Positions 45,685-55,109 of a stretch of DNA of 64,000 nucleotides are shown piece by piece (position 1 is the stretch's first letter; each line of letters begins with the position of its first letter). Origin of the DNA: Flavobacteriales bacterium CG_4_10_14_0_2_um_filter_35_18 (GTDB lineage: Bacteria > Bacteroidota > Bacteroidia > Flavobacteriales > Flavobacteriaceae); assembly GCA_002793215.1 (NCBI GenBank), contig PFPU01000107.1, positions 2,018-66,017 of the forward strand, written 5' to 3'. The notes below the pieces were generated by a model that saw only the letters and a list, made by a program, of their open reading frames with translations, had not been told where the DNA came from and ran no database searches. The translations under genes were made by a program, and so were the position numbers.

Positions 45685-47205
45685 ATGGAAAATTTAAAGA
45701 AAATAAAACCGCAAATCCGCAGTAATTCGGCTGTTATTAATTTAGAGTCAGGTAAATTACCACCCCAAGCTTTAGATTTAGAAGAAGCCGTTTTGGGAGC
45801 CATGATGATTGATAAAAAAGGCATTGACGATGTAATTGATATTTTGCATCCCGAGGCATTTTATAAGGAATCGAATCAGCGGATTTATAAAGCAATTAAA
45901 ATTTTATTCGAAACAACTCTTCCCATTGATATATTAACGGTATCTAACCAGCTCAAAACGCAAGGTGATTTAGATTTTGTGGGCGGTGATTTTTATCTGA
46001 TAAACCTTACTCAAAAAGTGTCGTCATCGGCACATATTGAATACCATGCGCGAATCATTCTTCAAAAATACATACAGCGACGACTAATTTCCATTTCTAA
46101 TGAAATTATTCAAGAATCTTACGATGAAACGGTAGATGTATTTGATTTACTAGATAATGCCGAGAGCAAATTATTTGAAGTTACTCAAGGCAACCTTAAA
46201 AAAAATTCGGAAGACGCCCATAATTTGGTTAAACAAGCTATTGATAAAATAGAGGAAATTTCAAACCAAAAAGGAATGAGTGGTGTTCAATCAGGTTTTA
46301 ATAAGATTGACGATGTTACTTCTGGTTGGCAACCTTCTGATTTGATTATTATTGCTGCCCGACCTGGTATGGGTAAAACGGCTTTCGTTATGTCAATGGC
46401 TAAAAATATTGCCATTAAATTTAAAAAAGGAGTTGCTATTTTTTCACTCGAAATGAGTTCGGTTCAATTGATTACGCGCATGATTTCAAGTGAAACCAAT
46501 TTGCCTTCCGAAAAATTAAGACGCGGAAATTTATTGGCGCACGAATGGGAGCAACTCAATGTTAAAGTAAAAGATTTATCTAATGCCCCAATTTATATTG
46601 ATGATACGCCCTCTTTGTCAATTTTTGATTTGCGCGCAAAAGCCCGTCGGTTGGTATCACAACACGATATTAAAATTATCATTATCGATTATTTGCAGTT
46701 AATGACTTCGGGAACTAGCAATAAAACAGGAAACCGCGAACAAGAAATTTCAACCATATCAAGAAGTTTAAAAGCCCTTGCAAAAGAATTAGAAATACCG
46801 GTTATTGCCCTATCGCAATTATCGCGCGCCGTCGAAACACGTGGTGGCTCAAAACGCCCATTGTTGTCCGATTTACGCGAATCGGGTGCTATTGAGCAAG
46901 ATGCTGATATTGTTTCGTTTATTTACCGCCCAGAATACTATAAATTAACCGAATGGGATGATGATGAGCGCACCAATTGTGAAGGTCAAGCCGAATTTAT
47001 TATCGCTAAACACCGAAATGGTGGTTTAGATAATATCCGTTTAAAATTTACAGGCCATTTGGCGCAATTTTCAAATTTAGAAGAGGATTTTGGTACTGAA
47101 TTCCAATCTAAAATGAATGAATTCAATGTATCAAAACATTCCGTAATGCCTAACGAAGCTTTTGGCGATGAAAATTACGACGATGAAAGTGATGTTCCGT
47201 TTTAA
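45685..47205 (+). CDS. dnaB: Replicative DNA helicase DnaB
   Basis: 506 aa with PPQALDLEEAVLGAMM, Walker A ARPGMGKTAF, IDYLQLM, LSQLSRAVE and AKHRNG. Confidence 0.95.
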   Translation: MENLKKIKPQIRSNSAVINLESGKLPPQALDLEEAVLGAMMIDKKGIDDVIDILHPEAFYKESNQRIYKAIKILFETTLPIDILTVSNQLKTQGDLDFVGGDFYLINLTQKVSSSAHIEYHARIILQKYIQRRLISISNEIIQESYDETVDVFDLLDNAESKLFEVTQGNLKKNSEDAHNLVKQAIDKIEEISNQKGMSGVQSGFNKIDDVTSGWQPSDLIIIAARPGMGKTAFVMSMAKNIAIKFKKGVAIFSLEMSSVQLITRMISSETNLPSEKLRRGNLLAHEWEQLNVKVKDLSNAPIYIDDTPSLSIFDLRAKARRLVSQHDIKIIIIDYLQLMTSGTSNKTGNREQEISTISRSLKALAKELEIPVIALSQLSRAVETRGGSKRPLLSDLRESGAIEQDADIVSFIYRPEYYKLTEWDDDERTNCEGQAEFIIAKHRNGGLDNIRLKFTGHLAQFSNLEEDFGTEFQSKMNEFNVSKHSVMPNEAFGDENYDDESDVPF

Positions 47206-47224
47206 TAAATTTAAAGGCTTATAG

Positions 47225-48490
47225 ATGCCAAAATTGTCAATAATTTTAAGTTTGTTTTTTTGCCTAACATTTAAAAGTGTTATGGCATCATTTATCCTCA
47301 TTCCAATGGATGCCGAAACGCAACAAAACCATCTAAAAGCTTATGGTATCACTTTTTTATCCTTACAACAAGGACACAAAGTGCAGTGGTTGCTCAACTA
47401 TAGAGGAGGCTCATTTTTATTAGAAGATGTAAAATTTTTAAGAGATGCATGCACTGTTAGAGGCGTTTCGTTTGAACTGCTTAGCGATCAAAAAGCAATA
47501 ATCATATTAGAAGAAATTAAAAGTCCCTCTCAAAATATGGATGCCGTAATACTTGAAAAAGCACCAAAAATTGCGGTCTATTCACCCAAAGAAAAAAAAC
47601 CTTGGGATGATGCCGTAACAATGGCTTTGAGTTATGCCGAAATTCCCTATACCGTAATTTATGATGAGGAAATTTTAAATGATGAATTGCTAAAATACGA
47701 ATGGCTACATGTTCACCACGAGGATTTTACTGGTCAATATGGCAAATTTTACGGCGCTTACCGTACAACTCCTTGGTATTTAAACGAAAAATTTGGCGCG
47801 GAAGCCTTAGCTAAAAAACTCGGCTACAACAAGGTTTCTCAAGAAAAATTAGCCGTTGCCAAACGCATTAAAGAATTTATAACGGGTGGCGGATTTATGT
47901 TTGCTATGTGTTCGGCTACCGATAGTTTTGATATTGCTTTAGCCGCCGATGGCGTTGATATTTGTGAACCTATGTTTGATGGCGACCCATCAACGCCTAA
48001 TTATCAAGACAAAATTGATTTTTCTAAAACCCTGGCTTTCACAAACTTTACCCTAGAACGCAACCCACTGGTTTATGAATATTCTTCAATTGATATGACC
48101 ACTAAACGAAATGTATTAAGAACAGAAGATTACTTTACCCTTAAAGACTTTTCGGCAAAATGGGACCCAGTTGCGAGTATGCTCTGTCAAAATCACACCC
48201 AATTAGTTAAAGGTTTTATGGGTCAAACTACCGCATTCGATAGCAATATCATTAAACCTACCGTTTTAGTGATGGGTGAAAATCAGGTTAATGGAGAGGC
48301 AAAATACATTCACGGCATTGAAGGAAAAGGGATGTTTACTTTTTATGGCGGACACGACCCAGAAGATTATCAACATCGGGTAGGAGACCCAAAAACAGAA
48401 ATTTCGTTACACCCCAATTCACCCGGATACCGACTGATCTTAAACAATGTGTTGTTTCCGGCAGCTCAAAAGAAAAAACAAAAAACATAA
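47225..48490 (+). CDS. Conserved hypothetical secreted/anchored protein (421 aa) with possible class-I glutamine-amidotransferase-like fold
   Basis: The N-terminus is hydrophobic. KIAVYSP...WLHVHHEDF...GGGFMFAMCSATDSF resembles a GATase1/ThuA-like nucleophile elbow. This is inference from pattern only. Confidence 0.45.
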   Translation: MPKLSIILSLFFCLTFKSVMASFILIPMDAETQQNHLKAYGITFLSLQQGHKVQWLLNYRGGSFLLEDVKFLRDACTVRGVSFELLSDQKAIIILEEIKSPSQNMDAVILEKAPKIAVYSPKEKKPWDDAVTMALSYAEIPYTVIYDEEILNDELLKYEWLHVHHEDFTGQYGKFYGAYRTTPWYLNEKFGAEALAKKLGYNKVSQEKLAVAKRIKEFITGGGFMFAMCSATDSFDIALAADGVDICEPMFDGDPSTPNYQDKIDFSKTLAFTNFTLERNPLVYEYSSIDMTTKRNVLRTEDYFTLKDFSAKWDPVASMLCQNHTQLVKGFMGQTTAFDSNIIKPTVLVMGENQVNGEAKYIHGIEGKGMFTFYGGHDPEDYQHRVGDPKTEISLHPNSPGYRLILNNVLFPAAQKKKQKT

Positions 48491-48514
48491 CAAATTCTTA
48501 ATTCATCTCAATCT

Positions 48515-48533
48515 AACCTGCAAGGTTTTTTTT
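48515..48533 (+). terminator. Weak rho-independent terminator
   Basis: AACCT-gca-AGGTT followed by T8. The stem is only 5 bp. Confidence 0.35.
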
Positions 48534-48651
48534 AACTTTGTAGGTCTAAATTTAAAGCTTTGGCCTAATAAGGTTTTGTTGTTTATTTTTAAAGCTTTGC
48601 AAATTTTAAATTAAACCTTATAGGTCTTTTTAATAAAGCCAATTTTAGAAG

Positions 48652-49275
48652 CTAAAAGCAAATTCCCAACTGTTCTAAATCAGCTTTTAATTGCATGGGA
48701 GAGCTAAAATGTATGGTTTGCAATCCCACGGCTTCAGCGCCTTTAATATTAGGCAAATTATCGTCAATAAACAGGGCATATTGCGGATTTATATTAAATC
48801 GCGACAAACACAGTTCATATATTTCGCGGTTAGGTTTAATCATCTTCTCCACTCCCGAAACCAAGATACCTTCAAATAATTGTAAAAAAGGAAAGCGTGC
48901 TCTGGCAATGTGAAAAGATTCGCCACTCCAATTGGTTAGAGCGTAAATTCGGAATTGGTTTTTTGCCTTTAATGCCTTTAAAATAGCTACTGTTTCAGGC
49001 ATTTCTCCTTTGAGCATATCTGGCCAACGGTTATAAAAAAGGCGAATCAAAGCTTCATATTGTGGATATTGTGAAACCAATTCTTCGGTGGCAACCGACA
49101 TGAGCCGTCCGGCATCTTGTTGTACATTCCACGCCGAAGTGCAGATGTTATTTAAAAACCAGTCCACTTTTTTGGCATCGCCGTTAAAAACTTCGTTATA
49201 AACGTATTTGGGATTCCAATCTATTAAAACACCTCCTAAATCGAAGATGATGGTATCAATTTTTTTAGTCATCAT
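48652..49275 (-). CDS. HAD superfamily hydrolase (subfamily IA-like)
   Basis: 207 aa with motif I IIFDLGGVL, motif II LTNW and motif IV FIDDN. Confidence 0.75.
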   Translation of the reverse strand: MMTKKIDTIIFDLGGVLIDWNPKYVYNEVFNGDAKKVDWFLNNICTSAWNVQQDAGRLMSVATEELVSQYPQYEALIRLFYNRWPDMLKGEMPETVAILKALKAKNQFRIYALTNWSGESFHIARARFPFLQLFEGILVSGVEKMIKPNREIYELCLSRFNINPQYALFIDDNLPNIKGAEAVGLQTIHFSSPMQLKADLEQLGICF

Positions 49276-50368
49276 TTAATTTTTTTTGCCCATTCATCAT
49301 TAAAAAGGCTTTTATAAAGGCGTCGATTTCGCCATTCATTACTTCATCAATTTGTGCCGTTTCGCATCCAGTACGGACATCTTTAACTAATTTATAAGGC
49401 TGCATAACGTAATTGCGAATTTGGGAACCGAATTCGATATTCATTTTATTGGCTTCAATACTTTCGCGTTTTGCGCGCTGTTTTTGCAATTCAATTTCAT
49501 ACAATTGTGATTTCAACATTTGCATGGCTTTTTCGCGATTTTCAAGTTGTGAGCGGGTTTCGGAATTTACTACCATAATGCCTGTTGGTTTATGGCGCAA
49601 AATGGCTTTGGTTTCTACTTTGTTCACATTTTGACCACCAGCACCTCCCGAACGGGCAAAATCCCAAGTTACATCGGCGGGACTAACGGTAATTTCAATG
49701 GTGTCATCGACCAAAGGATAAACGTAAACCGAAGCAAAACTAGTGTGGCGTTTGGCATTGCTGTCAAATGGTGAAATCCGCACCAAGCGGTGAACGCCAT
49801 TTTCACCTTTTAGATAGCCAAAGGCATAATCGCCTTCAATTTCTATGGTAACGGTTTTAACGCCAGCGGTATCGCCATCTTGATAATTTAATTCTTTTAC
49901 CTTATAGCCTTGTTTTTCACACCACATTAAATACATGCGGAGCAACATTTGTGTCCAGTCACAACTTTCGGTACCACCTGCGCCTGCGGTTAACTGTAAA
50001 ACGGCGCTCAAATTGTCGCCTTCATCTGAGAGCATATTTTTAAATTCCAGTGCTTCTAAAAGCTTTGAAACTTTATCATATTGCGTTTGCAACTCGTTTT
50101 CGGTGGCATCGCCAGCTTTAAAAAAATCGTAAAAAACCGCTAAATCGTCATTTAGCGTTAAGAGGTCTTTATAATCGTCAACCCATTTTTTATTGGCACG
50201 AATGGTTTTCATCAGGGCTTCGGCAGCTTTATTATCATTCCAAAAACCTGGTTCGGAGGCTTTTTCTTCATCATTGGTAACGGCAATTTGCTTGGCATCA
50301 ATCGCTAAAAACGATTTTAAGTCTTCAATGCGCGTGCTCAAGGCTTTTATTTGATCTTGTGTAATCAT
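49265..50368 (-). CDS. prfB: Peptide chain release factor 2 (single uninterrupted ORF)
   Basis: 367 aa with the SPF tripeptide (RISPFDS), GGQ (SGGAGGQNVNKVETK) and a full N-terminal domain without an in-frame stop. Confidence 0.9.
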   Translation of the reverse strand: MITQDQIKALSTRIEDLKSFLAIDAKQIAVTNDEEKASEPGFWNDNKAAEALMKTIRANKKWVDDYKDLLTLNDDLAVFYDFFKAGDATENELQTQYDKVSKLLEALEFKNMLSDEGDNLSAVLQLTAGAGGTESCDWTQMLLRMYLMWCEKQGYKVKELNYQDGDTAGVKTVTIEIEGDYAFGYLKGENGVHRLVRISPFDSNAKRHTSFASVYVYPLVDDTIEITVSPADVTWDFARSGGAGGQNVNKVETKAILRHKPTGIMVVNSETRSQLENREKAMQMLKSQLYEIELQKQRAKRESIEANKMNIEFGSQIRNYVMQPYKLVKDVRTGCETAQIDEVMNGEIDAFIKAFLMMNGQKKLNDD

Positions 50369-50465
50369 AAGTTTTGCAAAAATAAGTTTATTCTTTAATT
50401 GTCGCTGTGTTTTTATTCAATAGATTCATACAATTTGTTACATTAGTGGTCTTAAAATTTTTAAA

Positions 50466-51563
50466 ATGAAAAAACTGAGTTTAATTTTAATGTTATTAAG
50501 CTTTTTTGCTTGTAAAAATTCGAGCACACAACCTGCTCAAAAACCAGAAATTCCCGCTATAATTAGCCTTTCTATTGACGAAGCCAACCGTTTAGCAGCC
50601 TTGCCTATTAAATGTATTGATACCGAATATCCTAATAAATTAGGACAAACTTTGGGGTCTGCCGATGAAATTAAAAACCCTAAAAGCCTGCATCCCGCCT
50701 TTTATGGCTGTTTTGATTGGCATTCGGCCGTGCACGGTCATTGGTCTTTGGTAAAATTGCTAAAACAATTTCCCAATTTAAACAATGCTCAAAATATTAA
50801 AAATAAATTAGCCGAAAATTTGTCTAAAGCTAATATTTTAGCCGAAGTAGCGTATTTTAAAGGCAAACACAATACCTCTTTTGAACGGACTTATGGTTGG
50901 GCTTGGACTTTAAAATTAGCCGAAGAATTACACACTTGGGATGATCCTTTTGCCAAAGCATTAGAATCGAACTTAAAACCCTTATCGGATTTAATGGCAG
51001 CCAGCTTTATAAATTTTCTTCCTAAATTAAATTATCCGATAAGGGTAGGAGAGCACGCCAATACAGCCTTTGCCCTTTCGTTTGCTTATGATTATGCGCT
51101 TGTTTTAGGTGATAACGATTTAAAAACTATTGTTATAAAACGCGCTAGAGATTTTTATTTAAAAGATAAAAATGCACCACTCAGTTGGGAGCCGGGTGGC
51201 TTTGATTTTTTATCGCCTAGTTTAGAAGAAGTTGATATTATGCGCAAAGTTTTGCCTAAGTATGAATTTATTACTTGGGTAAGTGCTTTTTTGCCCAATT
51301 TGATGAAAGCCGATTTTAATATGGAAGTCGGCAAAGTTTCGGATAGAACCGACGGCAATTTGGTTCATTTAGACGGCTTAAATTTTAGCCGTGCCTGGTG
51401 TTTATATGGTTTAGTTAATCAATATCAAGAGTTTGGATATCTTAAAAATACAGCAAGTGCACATATTTTATACTCTTTGCCTACCATTGTAGATGGAAAT
51501 TATGAAGGCGGACATTGGTTGGGCACTTTTGCAATTTATGCCTTAAACGCAAGCTCGAAATGA
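50466..51563 (+). CDS. Lipoprotein of unknown function (DUF2891-like)
   Basis: 365 aa with a lipobox (LLSFFAC) and the conserved-looking block FYGCFDWHSAVHGHW. The DUF assignment is from memory. The stop overlaps the NRAMP start (ATGA). Confidence 0.55.
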   Translation: MKKLSLILMLLSFFACKNSSTQPAQKPEIPAIISLSIDEANRLAALPIKCIDTEYPNKLGQTLGSADEIKNPKSLHPAFYGCFDWHSAVHGHWSLVKLLKQFPNLNNAQNIKNKLAENLSKANILAEVAYFKGKHNTSFERTYGWAWTLKLAEELHTWDDPFAKALESNLKPLSDLMAASFINFLPKLNYPIRVGEHANTAFALSFAYDYALVLGDNDLKTIVIKRARDFYLKDKNAPLSWEPGGFDFLSPSLEEVDIMRKVLPKYEFITWVSAFLPNLMKADFNMEVGKVSDRTDGNLVHLDGLNFSRAWCLYGLVNQYQEFGYLKNTASAHILYSLPTIVDGNYEGGHWLGTFAIYALNASSK

Positions 51564-52777
51564 AAGTGTTTAAATTTGGTCCTGCAGCACTCATTACCGC
51601 AGCTTTTATCGGTCCGGGAACCGTAACTTTGTGTTCTATTGCCGGCGCACAGTATGGTTACGTTTTGTTGTGGACAATGGTTTTATCAATTATTATCACT
51701 ATTGTATTACAAAATATGGCTGCAAAATTGGGTCTCATCACCCAAAAAGGCTTGGCAAGTATTATAAAAGAATCATTTAACACACCCCTATTTAAATTTT
51801 TGGCAATCATCTTAATTCTGTCAGCCATAGTTATTGGCAATACCGCTTATGAAGCGGGCAATATTAGTGGTGGTGCTTTAGGACTTTCGGCTATTTTTAA
51901 AGTGAGTACTTTAAACATTTTCGATTATCAAATTAACTTTCAAAGTCTCATAATAGGCCTAATTGCTTTTACACTGTTGTATTTTGGAAATCATAAAATT
52001 TTGGAAAAAAGCCTTATCGGATTGGTAATTTTAATGAGTTTGGCGTTTATCATCACTATGCTCATCACCAAACCAAATATAGTACAGGTATTTAAAGGTT
52101 TATTCATTCCTGTTTTTCCTAGGGGAAGTTTGTTGACCGTTGTCGGTTTAATAGGCACCACAGTGGTTCCTTACAACCTTTTTTTGCACGCCGCCTTGGT
52201 TAAAGATAAATGGCACAGCGCCGATGATTTAAAATTTTTAAAAAACGACACCTATGTTGCGGTTGTTTTAGGCGGATTTATTTCAATGGCTATTATCATC
52301 ACGGCAGCTAGTTCGGGTTTAAATAATATTGCAAGTGCCACCGATTTGGCTAAAGGTTTGGAGCCCCTTTTTGGCAGTTTTGCAACTTATATTTTGGCTT
52401 TCGGTTTGTTTGCTGCAGGAATTACTTCGGCAATTACCGCACCTTTAGCGGCGGCTTTTGTGTTTACCAATTGTTTTGATTGGCCGTCCGATTTAAATTC
52501 ACCACGGTTTAGAGCCGTTTGGATGTCGATTTTAGTAATTGGCGTGTTGTTTTCATCCATTGGCTTTAAACCCATTGATATTATCAAATTTGCTCAGGTT
52601 GCCAATGGCATTTTGTTGCCCATTATTGCGGCATTTATCTGGTGGTTATCAAATAAATCTTCCCTTTTGGGAAACTACAAAAACACTAAAACTCAAAAGC
52701 TAGTATCGGCAATAATTGTACTGATTGTCTTATTTTTAAGCATTAAAAGTCTCATACAAATAATAAGTAATTTTTGA
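51560..52777 (+). CDS. NRAMP family divalent metal cation transporter (YcsG-like)
   Basis: About 405 aa from Met 51560 (MKVFKFGPAALITAAFIGPGTVT) and polytopic. It has NRAMP motifs (GPG, MVPYNLFLH-like TVVPYNLFLHAA). Confidence 0.8.
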   Translation: MKVFKFGPAALITAAFIGPGTVTLCSIAGAQYGYVLLWTMVLSIIITIVLQNMAAKLGLITQKGLASIIKESFNTPLFKFLAIILILSAIVIGNTAYEAGNISGGALGLSAIFKVSTLNIFDYQINFQSLIIGLIAFTLLYFGNHKILEKSLIGLVILMSLAFIITMLITKPNIVQVFKGLFIPVFPRGSLLTVVGLIGTTVVPYNLFLHAALVKDKWHSADDLKFLKNDTYVAVVLGGFISMAIIITAASSGLNNIASATDLAKGLEPLFGSFATYILAFGLFAAGITSAITAPLAAAFVFTNCFDWPSDLNSPRFRAVWMSILVIGVLFSSIGFKPIDIIKFAQVANGILLPIIAAFIWWLSNKSSLLGNYKNTKTQKLVSAIIVLIVLFLSIKSLIQIISNF

Positions 52778-53508
52778 TGAAAATTGAACTCAATTGCGAT
52801 TTAGGTGAAGGCGCTGGCAATGATGCCAAAATTATGCCTTTAATAAGTGCCTGTAATATTGCTTGTGGCGGTCACGCCGGAGATAAAAATAGTATGATTG
52901 AAACCTTGATTTTAGCAAAAAAATATGGTGTTAAAATTGGCGCGCATCCCGCTTATCCCGATAAGGAAAATTTTGGAAGAATCTCTGTAAAAATGAGTCA
53001 GGCGGAATTGTTTGACAGTGTTTACAATCAAGTTATTTTTCTTCAGGAGGCAGCAACTGAACTCGGTTTAGCGCTTAATCACGTTAAACCACATGGTGCG
53101 CTTTATAATGACGCTATGAAATTACCTGAAATGGCAACCGTAATCGTTGACGTAATTAAAAAAATTAATCCAAAATTGACTTTATTGGCTCCTTATAATT
53201 CTGCTTTAGCAACATGTGCCGAAAAAGAAAAAATGTCTGTAACATACGAAGCATTTATAGATCGACGTTATAACAAAGATTTGAGCTTGGTTTCTAGGCA
53301 GTTTAAAACGGCCGTTATTATAGATGCCGAAGCTGTTTTTGACCAATTTTATAAGATGGTTTCTCAAGGCAAAGTAACCTGCTTTACTGGCCAAACCATT
53401 GAAATTAAGGCCACAACGTATTGTATTCATGGTGATAATGTAAAAGCCGTTTCCATTTTAAAAAACCTTCATAAAAGGTGTAAAGAAAAAAATATAAGCA
53501 TAAATTAA
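52777..53508 (+). CDS. pxpA: 5-oxoprolinase subunit A (LamB/YcsF family)
   Basis: MKIELNCDLGEG...ACGGHAGD...VKPHGALYN are family hallmarks. The ATG shares one nt with the NRAMP stop (TGATG). Confidence 0.85.
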   Translation: MKIELNCDLGEGAGNDAKIMPLISACNIACGGHAGDKNSMIETLILAKKYGVKIGAHPAYPDKENFGRISVKMSQAELFDSVYNQVIFLQEAATELGLALNHVKPHGALYNDAMKLPEMATVIVDVIKKINPKLTLLAPYNSALATCAEKEKMSVTYEAFIDRRYNKDLSLVSRQFKTAVIIDAEAVFDQFYKMVSQGKVTCFTGQTIEIKATTYCIHGDNVKAVSILKNLHKRCKEKNISIN

Positions 53509-53522
53509 CCAAATATAAAATA

Positions 53523-54245
53523 GTGAATCCCTCCTTTAAAGCCTTTGGCTCAAAAGCCATTTTAATAGAATGGCCTCCCCAAATTTCGGAAACGATTTTA
53601 TTGGATATTCTCCTCTTTAAACAAAAAATTGAAAGCCGTTTTAAGGGATTTTATGATTTGACAACGGCTTATAATTCGCTTACAATTTTTCTCCAAAACC
53701 CCATCACCGACTTTGACAAACAGGTAGCCATTTTAAAAAACATTTATCAAACCCCAATAAGGCTTTCTAATTTAGATCATTACGTTTGGCAAATTCCGGT
53801 TTGTTATGATTTAGAATTTGGTTTAGATTTAGAATTTTATCTAAAAAGCAAAAATTTATCCCTTGATCAACTTATTGATTTGCATACCAAACCCCTATAT
53901 ACCATTCACTTTTTGGGTTTTTTACCGGGGTTTCCTTATTTAGGAGGTTTGCCCGAAACGCTTAATATTCCGCGTAAATTTAACCCTTCTTTAAATGTTC
54001 CAAAAGGCTCTGTTGGCATTGGTGGCAAGCAAACTGGTGTTTATACGATGGAAAGTCCGGGCGGTTGGTATGTTATTGGCAAAACACCCATTCCCTTTTT
54101 TGACGTAAATCTAAAAGACCCCTGCTTTTTAAAAGCAGGTGATAAAATTAAATTTTTTGAGATTTCTAAAGATGATTTTTATAAAATTTCTAATGAAATT
54201 GAAAAACAGAATTACTTGGTTAAAATGGAACTTTATCATGCATAG
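53523..54245 (+). CDS. pxpB: 5-oxoprolinase subunit B (KipI / allophanate hydrolase subunit 1 family)
   Basis: 240 aa with an apparent GTG start and FLGFLPGFPYLGGL and GGKQTGVY..ESPGGW motifs. Confidence 0.8.
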   Translation: MNPSFKAFGSKAILIEWPPQISETILLDILLFKQKIESRFKGFYDLTTAYNSLTIFLQNPITDFDKQVAILKNIYQTPIRLSNLDHYVWQIPVCYDLEFGLDLEFYLKSKNLSLDQLIDLHTKPLYTIHFLGFLPGFPYLGGLPETLNIPRKFNPSLNVPKGSVGIGGKQTGVYTMESPGGWYVIGKTPIPFFDVNLKDPCFLKAGDKIKFFEISKDDFYKISNEIEKQNYLVKMELYHA

Positions 54246-55095
54246 TATACAAGTTATAAAACCGGGTTATTGCGATAGCATTCAAGATTTAGGTCGCTTT
54301 GGATATGCTTCTATTGGGGTGCCTGTTTCGGGCGTAATGGATGCGTTGAGCGCTAAAATGGCAAATGCGCTAATTAGAAATAGCCAGCAAAACGCCGTTT
54401 TAGAAATGGCCTTAATTGGCCCTGTTTTGATGTTTCAAAAGGAAGCCGTCATCGCCATTTCTGGAGCCGATATGTCTCCAAAATTGAATGATATTCCTGT
54501 AAAAATGCAGACAAAACTAGCCGTAAAAACAGGTGATATTTTGAGTTTTGGAAAAGCTATTTACGGTTGTAGAAGTTATTTGGCTGTAAAAAATGGTTTT
54601 AGAACTGATAAAAAACTCAATAGCTATGCGGCTTTTAATGGAATTACAGATTTAGTAATTTTAAAAAAGGGCGTGATTATACCCATAGGCAAACAGCTTA
54701 AAATCTTTCGCTTTGGTCATTCTAGTATTAAAGTCGATAGGCAGCATTTTAACAATGAAGTTTTAGATGCTTATAAAGGACCTGAATTTGAATTGCTAAC
54801 ACCAAAACAGCAAGATATATTGCTAACTGATGGGTTTCAAATTGTAAAAAATACTCGAATGGCTTATCAATTTGCCGATGTGCCAAGTCTGGCTCACAAA
54901 TGTGAAATTCTTACTTCAGCGGTTATGCCCGGAACGGTGCAACTCACGCAAAGTGGAAAATTAATGGCGCTGATGAAAGATTGCCAAACCACAGGTGGTT
55001 ATCCGCGCATTTTGCAATTAAGTGACGAAGCTATCGCGGTACTTGCACAAAAAAATACTTGTCAAAAAATTAAATTTAAAATAATACATTTATAA
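54238..55095 (+). CDS. pxpC: 5-oxoprolinase subunit C (KipA / allophanate hydrolase subunit 2 family)
   Basis: The start is refined to Met 54238 (MHSIQVIKPGYCDSIQDLGRFGY). GVPVSGVMD and TTGGYPRI motifs are present. It overlaps the pxpB stop by 8 nt. Confidence 0.8.
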   Translation: MHSIQVIKPGYCDSIQDLGRFGYASIGVPVSGVMDALSAKMANALIRNSQQNAVLEMALIGPVLMFQKEAVIAISGADMSPKLNDIPVKMQTKLAVKTGDILSFGKAIYGCRSYLAVKNGFRTDKKLNSYAAFNGITDLVILKKGVIIPIGKQLKIFRFGHSSIKVDRQHFNNEVLDAYKGPEFELLTPKQQDILLTDGFQIVKNTRMAYQFADVPSLAHKCEILTSAVMPGTVQLTQSGKLMALMKDCQTTGGYPRILQLSDEAIAVLAQKNTCQKIKFKIIHL

Positions 55096-55109
55096 AAAAA
55101 TTTAAAACT

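Noticed and set aside
49265-50368. Programmed +1 frameshift in prfB
   Set aside because: I checked the N-terminal region (…EDLKSFLAIDAKQ…; gac tta aaa tcg ttt tta gcg att gat). There is no in-frame TGA and no CTT TGA C slippery site. The 367-aa ORF is complete in a single frame, so no frameshift is needed.
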